A DNA stretch of 64,000 bases from positions 1,056,001 through 1,120,000 of the forward strand of contig OY970296.1 of NCBI GenBank assembly GCA_963716175.1, in the 5' to 3' direction. The notes beneath the pieces are model-generated. The model ran no database searches and was not told the origin of the DNA. It was given only the letters and a program-made list of their open reading frames with translations. This DNA is from an uncultured Armatimonadetes bacterium (GTDB taxonomy: Bacteria; Armatimonadota; Hebobacteria; Hebobacterales; Hebobacteraceae). The translations under genes were made by a program, and so were the position numbers. This document shows positions 1 through 9,323 of this stretch, piece by piece (position 1 is the stretch's first letter; the number at the start of each line of letters is the position of its first letter).

Positions 1-558
1 ACGAGAAAGCACTCCACCATGCGAAGGTCTTCTCGTCCCGGCTGGCTCGTGCGGCGAAACCATCACTCATGACTGCGAGACGGCCACACAGCCAAAGGAA
101 CGCGAAGGACGCCTGCACTGAGCCGTCCTCACTTGCGGTGTCGCATGAAGAAGCTACATGGCCGGAATGGCAATCCGGTGTAAAGACAGGAACAAGTGCG
201 TGAACGGGGCCGAGTCCTTAGTCACGAGCTTGATCGCAGGGGACACACGTACGAGGCTTTACCGCGCGTAGGTCCGGCGTCATCAGGGGCGCCAACAAGA
301 CCCAACCACGGTACTGCGACACAGCTCACCCGAGCAGGCATCGCGCCACCATCAGGGCCGAGAACACCCATGTCACGTGTGAATGAATGGTGAATGACGA
401 GGGCTCTGATAGGGGGGCAGCGACGATGATCTGACCCCTAATGCTCAGGAACCCGCCTGCGCGTTCCTGGGGCAGGAAGGGCTGTCGGTCGCTGACCGGC
501 CATGGGCAGCGGGCCAATCCCGGAGCGGGTCATGAAGCAGTGCTCTGGATTCCTGACA

Positions 559-650
559 GTCTCCGGCTACCCCCTCGGCTGGGAGTTACTGGGCGAGGTG
601 CGCCGCGTATGCGTCTGGTATGGCATAGCAGCCGCGCCACGATGGCGATC
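559..650 (+). repeat. Hairpin repeat family copy R0 (inverted relative to other copies), with extension shared with R4
   Basis: CTCCGGCTACCCCCTCGGCTGGGAGTTACTGGGCGAGGTGCGCCGCGTATGC... is a close reverse-complement match to 6759-6848. Confidence 0.85.
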
Positions 651-754
651 GCCGGCAGCCCCGCCGCGCCAAGACCTCACCCGGTATCGCTCCTCATCCT
701 CGGCGCCTCCCACCACAGGAGCATCGGCGATCGTCGGGGAGACCGGAAGACGCG

Positions 755-2284
755 CTACCGTCTCGGTTTGGCTTTGAACCGCAGTTCGAACGGCGGCACC
801 TCATATGGGAAGGTAGAACGGTCCAGCCCGACGTGAGCGGACCCGGCGGCGCCAAACTCATGGGCGCCGAGATCGTATTTCTCCGTCTTGGAGAGATGCG
901 GCCGGGGCGCGTTCCAGAAGTCCAGCGGGTTCTCGTACAGGAGGAGGCCCTGCTCTCTGGCCGAGGATCCGGTCTGGAGCCTGTACCCTTCTGCGACATG
1001 CGCCTCTGGGTCCACGAACAGAGGATCCCCGGATCTCGCCTGGGCATCGCCCGCATACGGCTTGTCCCACAGGTTGTTCACGAAGTGGAACTGGCTGAAG
1101 TCCACCCCGGCGTCCGCCGCAACCCCACCGGTGTTCTCCCAGAAGATGTTGTTGCGGAACCAGATATTCCGGTAATCCGTCAGCGGGGGCCGGCCCTGCA
1201 CGCTGACTACCCGCTCGCAGTTGTTGAACGCCACGGTGTTGTTGTCGAAGTAGGCATCCCGGGTGTTGGAGGTGATGAGGAAGATGACCCTCCCATACAC
1301 GCGAGGGTCGATCGCGGCAAAGGGGGCCCAGTCATTGTGGACGATGATGTTGTTGCGGATCGCGATGAAGTCGCTCAGGAACCGGCTGCTGCTCTCTTCG
1401 CCGGACAGCCACACCCCAACGTTGTTCGCCTCCAGGTAGTTGCCCTCGAAGAGAGACATGCTGGCGTTGTCGATCCAGATCGCCGCGATCGCCGTGCCTC
1501 GTATCACGTTGTGCCGCGCGGTGGTGTGGATGCCCCAATCTTCATACAGGATCCCGTCTCCGCTGTTGTTGTCGATCTGGCAGTGCTCGATCACCAGGTA
1601 TTCCACTGCTCCGTAGGCGTTGACCCCGTACCCTTCGGTGCCCTCGGCATTCCATCCGGCGTCGTGCAGGTAGCAGTTGTGGACCTCGACATGAGTGCAC
1701 TCGTCATCAGGATTCCAGTGCCCCTCGGGTCCGTCTCCGGAGCCAGAGAGCTGAATGCCCACCGCGCCGGAATAGGCCATCTCGCAGTTCGTGATGGTGA
1801 GGTAGTGCGCTCGGTCCGCTCTCACTCCGTCCTGGCAGGCGTAGAAGCGGCAGTTCCGTACCGTTACATACTCTTTGTGGGCCACACTTAGCCCCGACCC
1901 TTCGGGGTGGTCCGAGGCCATCTCGACCTCGATGCGGTCTATGATGTTGTAGGACCCGGCAAGCAGGGCGTCGCTCTGGCCGTCGTTGGTGAAGATCACT
2001 CTCCCCTTCCCCTCCGACCGCAGCGTGATGGGGAGATCCGGGCTGCCGTCCGGTATCTTCACCCCGGAACAGGGGTAGGTTCCCGCCAGGAAGACCACGG
2101 TATCGCCTAGCTTGGCCAGGGAGACGGCCTTCTGTACGGTCGCCACCGGCCGCTGCGCGGTACCGGGATTGGCGTCCGAGGCGTTCTGCCCGGTGCCGGC
2201 ATACCATACCGCGGCCGAGGCCGGGGTGCCGAACAGCCCCCATGCTGCCATGATGCCGATCACGCAGACAAGTCCGTACCGCAT
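755..2284 (-). CDS. Secreted right-handed parallel beta-helix (pectin lyase-like) protein
   Basis: Signal peptide MRYGLVCVIG..ASA; N-terminal ASDANPGTAQRPVATVQKAV motif; PbH1-type repeats; C-terminal DPLFVD..YDLGAHEF; GGAG RBS before ATG 2284. Confidence 0.85.
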   Translation of the reverse strand: MRYGLVCVIGIMAAWGLFGTPASAAVWYAGTGQNASDANPGTAQRPVATVQKAVSLAKLGDTVVFLAGTYPCSGVKIPDGSPDLPITLRSEGKGRVIFTNDGQSDALLAGSYNIIDRIEVEMASDHPEGSGLSVAHKEYVTVRNCRFYACQDGVRADRAHYLTITNCEMAYSGAVGIQLSGSGDGPEGHWNPDDECTHVEVHNCYLHDAGWNAEGTEGYGVNAYGAVEYLVIEHCQIDNNSGDGILYEDWGIHTTARHNVIRGTAIAAIWIDNASMSLFEGNYLEANNVGVWLSGEESSSRFLSDFIAIRNNIIVHNDWAPFAAIDPRVYGRVIFLITSNTRDAYFDNNTVAFNNCERVVSVQGRPPLTDYRNIWFRNNIFWENTGGVAADAGVDFSQFHFVNNLWDKPYAGDAQARSGDPLFVDPEAHVAEGYRLQTGSSAREQGLLLYENPLDFWNAPRPHLSKTEKYDLGAHEFGAAGSAHVGLDRSTFPYEVPPFELRFKAKPRR

Positions 2285-2462
2285 CGTGTCCTCCATCGCA
2301 CTGCTCCTCTTGTCCGGGATCACCCGGAGAGTCCGAGTCCATTCTGCCTTTCGCCGTCCGACGATCCGTTGCCTACGGCCGAAAGACACATCGTTCCCAG
2401 GGAGCTTCGCCGAATGAAGTAACACGGCGAAGCTCAAGAAGCGGCCCACACAGGCACAGGGC

Positions 2463-2495
2463 GATGTTCGCACATTACTTCGTTGTGCGAACATC
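2463..2495. promoter_or_regulatory. Perfect 12-bp inverted repeat, putative operator
   Basis: GATGTTCGCACA-N9-TGTGCGAACATC about 180 bp upstream of the 755..2284 gene. Confidence 0.45.
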
Positions 2496-2497
2496 AT

Positions 2498-2627
2498 TAG
2501 AGCGCATTTCATAACCTACCTGCTGGCTGGCCGCACCACGCCCTCGCATGAAATGCGCCTGCCACGGCCTGACGTTGTGCAGTGCTGTTTCATAACCTCC
2601 CCTGGGAAGGTTATGAAACAGCTTCTA
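2498..2627. mobile_element. ~126-bp MITE with IS5-like terminal inverted repeats
   Basis: Left TA|GAGCGCATTTCATAACC and right GGTTATGAAACAGCTTC|TA; internal 15-bp IR at 2584-2622. Confidence 0.6.
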
Positions 2628-2645
2628 GTCACGTTCGGCAGCGCC

Positions 2646-2889
2646 TCAACCGAGACGAGGCGGGCGCTGGGCTCTGCTGCGACGGTTGCGCCTGCTGCAG
2701 AATCTAGATTCGGGGGCATCCGCCATTTGTTGGTTCACAGCCACGAACTCCCGTCGCTGCTGCTCCACGCTAACAGGCCCCCAGGGCATGACCCTTCTCC
2801 TCTGCGCAGAGATGCATGCCTCTATAGTAACCGCTTGCCCGTTACCTATGTATGCGGTACGAGTGTTACCTATCTATCCGGTCTGTACA
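2646..2889 (-). mobile_element. IS481-family left end with truncated transposase N-terminus
   Basis: End TGTACAGACCGGATAGATAGGTAACA with a second TACATAGGTAAC; RBS GAGGAG; ATG 2789 encodes MPWGPVSVEQQRREFVAV, resembling IS481 N-termini; stop after ~47 codons. Confidence 0.7.
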
Positions 2890-2960
2890 ACCCCAAGCCG
2901 AGGGGGTAGCCGGAGTCGGGGTGCCCTCAGGCCGGCTTCACGGGCGGTTGACATGGGCGC
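2890..2960 (-). repeat. Hairpin repeat copy R1 plus B segment
   Basis: CCAAGCCGAGGGGGTAGCCGGAGTCGGGGTGCCCTCAGGCCGGCTTCACGGGCGGTTGACA. Confidence 0.85.
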
Positions 2961-3269
2961 CTGGGATCGAAACTGCGAAAACGTGGATGGGGTCCGGCGT
3001 TTCGGTGCCAGAGTGCTTCCCTGGAGGACTCAGCAGTCGCGAAACGTCTCCGTCGTCCGACCAGAGTTCCTTGCGCATCGGGCTGAACCATCATCCAGCG
3101 CTGGAGGGCTTTGTCTGCTTCATCCAACCACTATCCCATGACCATGCAACAAAGCCACCGCTTCCCTCCCAGACATCGCTCGATCCACGAACACGCCCGG
3201 CTTCCTCACTTCAATCGTGCCGAGGTGCCGGACGCTGCGAGGATAGGGAGGCGAGATCAGTTCTGGACC

Positions 3270-4433
3270 CTACGGGCTGCGGCCCCCCGACAGTTCCAAT
3301 GCGGGGACGGCTTTCTCCAGTTCTGCGAGGGCCTGCTCGTCGGCAGCTTTCAACTTAAGCAGCCAGTTGGCGAACTTCTGCCGGCCCTCCCGCGTCGCGC
3401 AAAGGTCTTGGAGAGAGGAGTGACGGCCGTCTTCACACCAGAACTTGCCGGCCTCCGTGAAGCATCGGACTTGAGGGGAATGCATCTGGATAGGTAGACC
3501 GCCCAGTTCCGTCTTTGGCTTGCACTCGTGATGGTTGTCGAGCGCGAGATAGCCTAGCAACTCGCAGTATCCAGCCTGCGCGGCCTCCAAGTGCTTTCGG
3601 GCTACTGGCGGGAAGTCGGCCGCGATATCTTTCAGATACAGCACAGCATAGGCCCGGGCAAGCTGCAACGCATCCAGTTGCCAGCGCAGCACATGCTCGC
3701 GCCAAGCGAAGTCGGGTAGTCTGGGATCCAGTTGGTCGGGGATGAGCCGGGCGTGCTCCAGGTAAGCCTGCGGCCCGTAGATGAGGGGCTCGCCCGTCCC
3801 TCCCTGGCCCCGCGTGGGGCTCTTGCGTCCGGTGCGGGCGCTGGCGAGGGCAAGTTGGAGGGCCTGGCGGGCCGCCTGAGCGGAGGAGCGCTTCCGTGCC
3901 TTGTCACCAATCACGATGATGAAGGAAAGATCATCTGGCTTGATCGACACGTACTCCTCGGGGACCTCCCTAGCGCGTCCGTAGCGCCGGCCCAGAAAGC
4001 GATGCTTGGCTGGATCGTAGCCGGCCAGGAGGGCAAAGTGATCGAGCGCCCATTCGGCAGCAATCACGGGGTGACCGGCGTCAATCGATTCCGACGCGGC
4101 TTGCCAGAGGCGCTCCGGCTCGGATCGATAGACGACCGTGTAGCGGCGACCGAGAGCCTTGAAGAGGTTGTCGAGTCCGGGCTCGAAGTGGTTCGGATGG
4201 GCAAAGATGGCGCCGCCCGCGCCGGAGATCATCGTCCCTCGCGCCCAGCCCAACTCGAAGGCCCCACTGGAAGTGCTGGCGAGGAAGATCTTCGACCGCT
4301 TCTCTCCTGCGAAGTCCAGGCCGACTCTCAAGGCCGACGAAAACATGAGATCGTCGGTGTAGTCCTCAAGGCCTCCCCAGAGCAGCCTGGGCACGCCCGG
4401 AATGATCTGGGACAAGGTAGAGACTGCCGTCAC
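3270..4433 (-). CDS. Hypothetical protein, possibly with a BtrH/C39 peptidase-like N-terminal domain
   Basis: 387-aa ORF; SIDAGHPVIAA..DHFALLAGYD motif resembles papain-like folds. Confidence 0.6.
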   Translation of the reverse strand: MTAVSTLSQIIPGVPRLLWGGLEDYTDDLMFSSALRVGLDFAGEKRSKIFLASTSSGAFELGWARGTMISGAGGAIFAHPNHFEPGLDNLFKALGRRYTVVYRSEPERLWQAASESIDAGHPVIAAEWALDHFALLAGYDPAKHRFLGRRYGRAREVPEEYVSIKPDDLSFIIVIGDKARKRSSAQAARQALQLALASARTGRKSPTRGQGGTGEPLIYGPQAYLEHARLIPDQLDPRLPDFAWREHVLRWQLDALQLARAYAVLYLKDIAADFPPVARKHLEAAQAGYCELLGYLALDNHHECKPKTELGGLPIQMHSPQVRCFTEAGKFWCEDGRHSSLQDLCATREGRQKFANWLLKLKAADEQALAELEKAVPALELSGGRSP

Positions 4434-4627
4434 GGTGCCGCTCCCAGCTGTAGAGCGTCAGCGTTCTTGGGACAAGAGGGGTCTTGGGTTGGCTACACCT
4501 CCGGCGTTCCCGCCCCTGCATCTCCGCAGTTTCCCTCAGCTACTGGCAGCATCCCGGGCGCGCGACCACTGAGCCTTCGCCAGAATGGGGATGGTCCCTT
4601 GCGCGGACCGGCTCGGCGCCCCGTCTG

Positions 4628-4702
4628 TGCGCAACGCAACCCCGAGCGGTGACTCCCAGCCGAGCGGGTAGCCGGAGTCGAGAGCTGCCCGGGGCCGTCG
4701 GC
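4628..4702 (-). repeat. Hairpin repeat copy R2
   Basis: AACCCCGAGCGGTGACTCCCAGCCGAGCGGGTAGCCGGAGTCGAGAGCTGCCCGGGGCCG. Confidence 0.85.
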
Positions 4703-5112
4703 CCCCTGCCATCAGGTCTGGGCCGCTAAGTCCGGTGTCTCCGTGTCAGTCTGCGCTCGGAATTTGTGATCGGGGATGCTCAAGGACCCAAGCTTGCCTC
4801 CTGCGCTTCAGGTGGGTCCGTAGTAGCTTGCGTGGCAACTCGATCAGGGTGAATCCTCGGGAATCGTGCTGAGCAGTGCAAGCCTCGTCTCCGGGGCCGC
4901 GTGGCGATGAGCGTGCGAGGCCCCGTCACGTATCGGCTCTGTCGGCGTGACCTTGTACGATATGCCGCCGGACCGGCTGAACGCGCTATGCCAGTGAGTC
5001 CACCGCCACAGCCGTCCAGACGACTGGCAGTCTGTACGTCGCTGCCACCGACTGACAGACAGATCGACGGCCCTGGTAGCTCACTGTCGCGTCGTTCCCT
5101 GTCGCGAGAGAG

Positions 5113-5176
5113 CCCAAGGGCACTGACTCCAAGCTGAGTACGTAGCCGGAGTCGGGGGGTGTCCGGGGCCGTCGGG
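5113..5176 (-). repeat. Hairpin repeat copy R3
   Basis: GGGCACTGACTCCAAGCTGAGTACGTAGCCGGAGTCGGGGGGTGTCCGGGGCCG. Confidence 0.8.
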
Positions 5177-5453
5177 CATGAAGCTTCGGCGGCGCGGGCA
5201 CCCACCCCGGTCAACCCTCGCGTCTCGTGCTGTCATGGACCCGCGCCACCAATCACGGCGCCGGGATGGAATTCCTAGAGCGGACAGCCCCTCTCGGTGA
5301 ATGAAGCGACGACAGACGCCGAGGGTGGCCCGGCATCGCTGGTGGCCGCGGTCAGCGCCGGTACCAGACCAGCGCGGGGTCGCCCCAAGCCCCGCGAACA
5401 AGACCGGCCGCCCCTGGTGATAGGCGCCTGCTATGACAAGGCCATCCATGCGC

Positions 5454-6587
5454 TCAGTGTTCGTACGCGCCGATGTCGATGCCGCGACCGCGGGGGCGCC
5501 TGCGCCCATCCATATCCGTGCTCGGAGCACGGTCAGCAATCCCGGCGTCGATCGCCGGAGACCCTGGTTCCAGGTGGAAATCGAACGCGGCGACGTCGAC
5601 GAGCAAGGGATCCTTACCAACGATGTTATCGCGGAGCTGGCAGACGCCGTTGTCGTCGCTGTCCTTCAGCCCGCCGCCAAACACGAGGTTGTTGCGGATG
5701 ACGACGTTCACCAGGTCGGCCTCGAAGAAGTTGATGGCGTTCTCCACCGCCGGCCTGTAGAAGATGTTGTTCTGGATGAGGATGTTGTGGCACGGCTGCC
5801 AGAGGACGATGTGCCCCCGCTTGTTGCCGTAGGCGAAGACGTTGTTGCTGATCAGTAGGTCATCGACGGTGTGATAGCCGGCGACCTGGACCCCCCAGCC
5901 TGCATTCATGTTGTAGAAGATGTTGTTGGTGATGATGTTGTGCTTGCCACAGGTGTAGATGCCGTGGTCCAGGTTGAACAGCACCTCCGGCGGGCCGGTG
6001 CGGCCGATGTCGTGGAACACCTTACCGTCGTAGACGTGATAGCTGGTGTCGGAGTTGTCGTAGATGCCGTCGAGGCCGTAGTGCGTGGTGGTCTCGATGT
6101 TGCCGATGTGGTGGAAGTGACAGCCCCGGACGGTGATGTGGTGGGCGCCCGAGTTGCTGGTCATGCCGTGGCTGGCGAACTCCTTGATCTCGAAGCCCTC
6201 GATCGTGACGTAACGAGCGTTTCCCTCGATCACCCAGCCATACCTGGCCCTGTCGTTCTGCCCGTCCATCACAGCCTTCCACTTATGCTCGGCGCGGAAG
6301 GTGATCGGCTGCTCGGCCGTTCCGACGCAATCCACTACGACCCCGCACCCATCTGAGTTGGCAGCGGTGTAGGCACCATCTTTGGCGATGACGGTGTCTC
6401 CCGGCTTCGCAATGTCGGCTGCCTTCTGGATGGTGGCGAATGGATGGCCGGCGGAGCCGTCATTGCCATCCGAGCCATCCGGAGCGATGTAGTACATCAC
6501 AGCACCTCCTGCCCGACAGCGTGCACCTGCCGCGCAGACGATGAGAACGCACAGCAGGATGATCGGCAGCAACACGTGGACGCGCAT
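5454..6587 (-). CDS. Secreted right-handed beta-helix protein (DUF1565/choice-of-anchor Q-like)
   Basis: Signal peptide; YYIAPDGSDGNDGSAGHPFATIQKAA; C-terminal DFHLEPGSPAIDAG..DIGAYE. Confidence 0.85.
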   Translation of the reverse strand: MRVHVLLPIILLCVLIVCAAGARCRAGGAVMYYIAPDGSDGNDGSAGHPFATIQKAADIAKPGDTVIAKDGAYTAANSDGCGVVVDCVGTAEQPITFRAEHKWKAVMDGQNDRARYGWVIEGNARYVTIEGFEIKEFASHGMTSNSGAHHITVRGCHFHHIGNIETTTHYGLDGIYDNSDTSYHVYDGKVFHDIGRTGPPEVLFNLDHGIYTCGKHNIITNNIFYNMNAGWGVQVAGYHTVDDLLISNNVFAYGNKRGHIVLWQPCHNILIQNNIFYRPAVENAINFFEADLVNVVIRNNLVFGGGLKDSDDNGVCQLRDNIVGKDPLLVDVAAFDFHLEPGSPAIDAGIADRAPSTDMDGRRRPRGRGIDIGAYEH

Positions 6588-6758
6588 GGCTTCACTTTCC
6601 TTCCGAGGCTTCGACACCGCGTCCTGTCCAGAGACTCACCTGGCTGCCAGGGTGCTCGGACAGCCTCTCTCGTGGTATTCTCTCCTCTCGTCGATACCCC
6701 TGTGCTGGGAGGCATAGAGGATGGTGAGCGCGATTTCGATGGGGCGGGCCTACGGGTC

Positions 6759-6892
6759 ATTGCTACCGTGGCGCGGCTGCTATGCAATACCGGATGCATA
6801 CGCGGCGCACCTCACCCACTGGTTCCAAGCCGAGGCAGCAGCCGGAGTCGCGGGGAGCGCCCTCAGGCCGGTTTCACGGGCGGTTGACAGGG
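6759..6892 (-). repeat. Hairpin repeat copy R4 (longest: A extension + core + B segment)
   Basis: Left part matches R0 and right part matches R1; it contains the stop codon of the M14 gene. Confidence 0.85.
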
Positions 6893-8100
6893 GCATGCGC
6901 GATCACAATCCCGTACTTCCCCGGCTGCAGATCCGCCAGCGCCACCACGATGAAAGTCGAGCAGCCCTGCCGCCAGCTGTAGTAGCCGTTGCTCTCCGAT
7001 GGTCTCAGCTTCCGCCCGTTAACGCGCACACTGCGTATGGTCCGGTTCCCACGGACCGCCACCTGGAATCCTGCCCCGCAGGCGAGCCCCGGCCCCGCAT
7101 ACTCCACCTTCAGCCGCTTCTCGTCAGGCTTTTCCGGCGCCTCGACTGCGAAGGCCTTGAAGTCGTCTCGGTTCCGCCACAAGGCGATTCGGCTCTGGCG
7201 CCGTGCGGCCGCCGTCTTGCCGATCGCCACCAGCCCCTTCTGGAACATCCCGATCAAGTAGCACGGGTATCCCGCGTAGCGCAGTTTCGGATGGCGGCGA
7301 TCGCCCCACGCAAGCAGGGCCTTAAGCTTCGCCAGTCCACTTCGGACGCGATCCTTCGCGGGGTACGCGTACTCATTGCTCTCGCATGTCTCAATGAGCA
7401 TGGATAGAGACTTGAACCGGCGGTAAGCAAATGCGCAGGCGCTGCTCACGTCCGGGCTCTCGCTCATGAAGCCAGGCCAGCTCAAGGGATGGGCGATGTT
7501 GGGGATGCCGGCCCTCTCGCCGGCCTCGGCCATCTCGGCGGCGATGCGATGCAGCAGGTAGTCGTCCTCGGTATAAGTCGCTGGCTCGCTCCACAGCACC
7601 ATGTCGTAGCTGCACCCGGCATAGCCTCTGGCGTGCATATCCACGTAGAGCTCGGGTCCGAGTTCGTAGGCCACCTCTTCCAGCGCCTTCCCCTCAGGCA
7701 GCTTTGGCCCGGAAGGAGCATGGTCGCGGAACGGCCGCGGCCCGTCTGGCGTATCGTAGACGTCACGCTCGGCGCTGTCCGGGTTCATGTTCGGCATGAC
7801 CACGATCTTCTGCTTCTGCCTCACCTCTAGAGCAGACGGCGACGTTAGCCACCCAATGAGCGCGAGCGCACCCAGCCGTCCGCTTTCCTCGTTCCCGTGG
7901 TGCCCGGCCGCGATCAGGACGTGCTGCTTGTCCCAGTCGGCGACGCTGGGATCGGTGATCGTCACCGCGTGGATCGGCCGCCCTTCGGCCGTGACTCCCA
8001 TCCTATGGATCTTCACCAGGTCGGGATGGCGCTGCTGGGCCCGGAGTATCAGTGCCGCTACTTCCGCCGAGGTGGGGCTTACTGCCTGTCTTTCGGTCAT
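6874..8100 (-). CDS. M14 family zinc carboxypeptidase
   Basis: HHGNEESG zinc motif, VMPNMNPD, YVDMH, LIET. Confidence 0.85.
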   Translation of the reverse strand: MTERQAVSPTSAEVAALILRAQQRHPDLVKIHRMGVTAEGRPIHAVTITDPSVADWDKQHVLIAAGHHGNEESGRLGALALIGWLTSPSALEVRQKQKIVVMPNMNPDSAERDVYDTPDGPRPFRDHAPSGPKLPEGKALEEVAYELGPELYVDMHARGYAGCSYDMVLWSEPATYTEDDYLLHRIAAEMAEAGERAGIPNIAHPLSWPGFMSESPDVSSACAFAYRRFKSLSMLIETCESNEYAYPAKDRVRSGLAKLKALLAWGDRRHPKLRYAGYPCYLIGMFQKGLVAIGKTAAARRQSRIALWRNRDDFKAFAVEAPEKPDEKRLKVEYAGPGLACGAGFQVAVRGNRTIRSVRVNGRKLRPSESNGYYSWRQGCSTFIVVALADLQPGKYGIVIAHAPVNRP

Positions 8101-8353
8101 GCCAGTTCCCTCTGTACTCACGCCCTAGCCGGTTCCGTGGCCGGGCGCGCCCTTCCTGTTCCCCGGAAGTCCGGGCTGGCCTGCCCCGTGCGGCAGGCGG
8201 TCGCGCGACATTGCCTCGATATGCGTGCAGGATCAGGGCACGAAGCGCTATCGGCATCTCTCCCCGTTGGGGGCCCGTGAAGCCGGGCTGACATCACCCC
8301 GCCAACCGGAGAGCCGCGACCTGCGTGTCTGCGAAGAGTCGTTTGCGATGGGT

Positions 8354-8430
8354 GGCGACGGAAACCCGGCCAGTGACTCCCAGCCGAGGGGGTAGCTCGG
8401 AATCGGAGGGTGCTTCGCGACCCTGGGGCC
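8354..8430 (-). repeat. Hairpin repeat copy R5
   Basis: AAACCCGGCCAGTGACTCCCAGCCGAGGGGGTAGCTCGGAATCGG. Confidence 0.85.
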
Positions 8431-8438
8431 TACCTCAG

Positions 8439-9137
8439 TCAGGTCTCGCGCGGCGGGAAGTCCACCAGCCGGAAACGCTCCGACATCCAGAAGGTCTCGA
8501 CGGCGTGACGGTTGGCCCGCCTGACTCGCTCGGCCTCCGCCTCGAACTCCGCCCGAGTCCTGCCGAAGAGCGTGTGCTGGGAGACCTGTGTAGCGTTGGC
8601 GAGCAGGGAGTAGTGGTCGTAGCCAGTCACATCGAAGGTGACGATGGGGCCGACAGCGCGAACCGAGGTCTCGACTTCCTTGTAGTAGTAGAGATGGCGG
8701 ACCTGCCAGGCGTCGCCCAGATCAGCGGCGACAGGCTGCCCCGCCTGCCAGACGGCGGGGACAGTGATCTGGTAGGTGGCGACGTGGTCCGGGTTGATGC
8801 CGGCGGGGCCGTGGGTGAACACGGCGTCCGGCTTCGCCTCCCGCACGGCGCGTATGCAGTCCTTGAAGACCTGCTTGCCGTGGACAAGGCCCATGTCGGG
8901 GCAGTCGATGCGGAAGCGCTTGGTGACGCCCAGGACCTGGTCGCACTCCTCCATCTCGGCGGCGCGCATGGCAACGATACGATCTCTCCAGGCGGGATCG
9001 GGAAAGCCCTCGGAGCCGTCCGTCATGATGGCGACGAAGACCTGCACGCCGGAAGCGGCGAGTTTGGCCATGGTGCCCGCCATCTTGATCTCATCGTCTG
9101 GGTGAGCGCCGAAGACGAGGATTCGCTGGTAGTTCAT
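8439..9137 (-). CDS. PIG-L/LmbE family deacetylase
   Basis: AHPDDE motif and NPDH second motif. Confidence 0.9.
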   Translation of the reverse strand: MNYQRILVFGAHPDDEIKMAGTMAKLAASGVQVFVAIMTDGSEGFPDPAWRDRIVAMRAAEMEECDQVLGVTKRFRIDCPDMGLVHGKQVFKDCIRAVREAKPDAVFTHGPAGINPDHVATYQITVPAVWQAGQPVAADLGDAWQVRHLYYYKEVETSVRAVGPIVTFDVTGYDHYSLLANATQVSQHTLFGRTRAEFEAEAERVRRANRHAVETFWMSERFRLVDFPPRET

Positions 9138-9249
9138 AGCAATGCCTCCGCACAGGGTCGGGAGCTAGCCTTCGAGGTTCGGGGAGAGTTCCCTGTCCGT
9201 GTGCGAGCAGGCTTCGCTCCTTAGCTGCTGCCGCGGACGATGACACCGG

Positions 9250-9323
9250 TTGCGCGACCGAACCCCGGGCAGTGACTCTACGCCGAGGGGGTAGCCGGAG
9301 TCGGGGGCGCCCGGGGCCGCCAG
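9250..9323 (-). repeat. Hairpin repeat copy R6
   Basis: AACCCCGGGCAGTGACTCTACGCCGAGGGGGTAGCCGGAGTCGGGGGCGCCCGGGGCCG. Confidence 0.88.

Noticed and set aside
1-550. Short ORFs at the window start
   Set aside because: No recognisable motif or RBS, and the window edge prevents interpretation.
559-9323. Hairpin repeats as a CRISPR array
   Set aside because: Spacing is 0.4-2.3 kb with whole genes in between, the copies are diverged and there are no cas genes.
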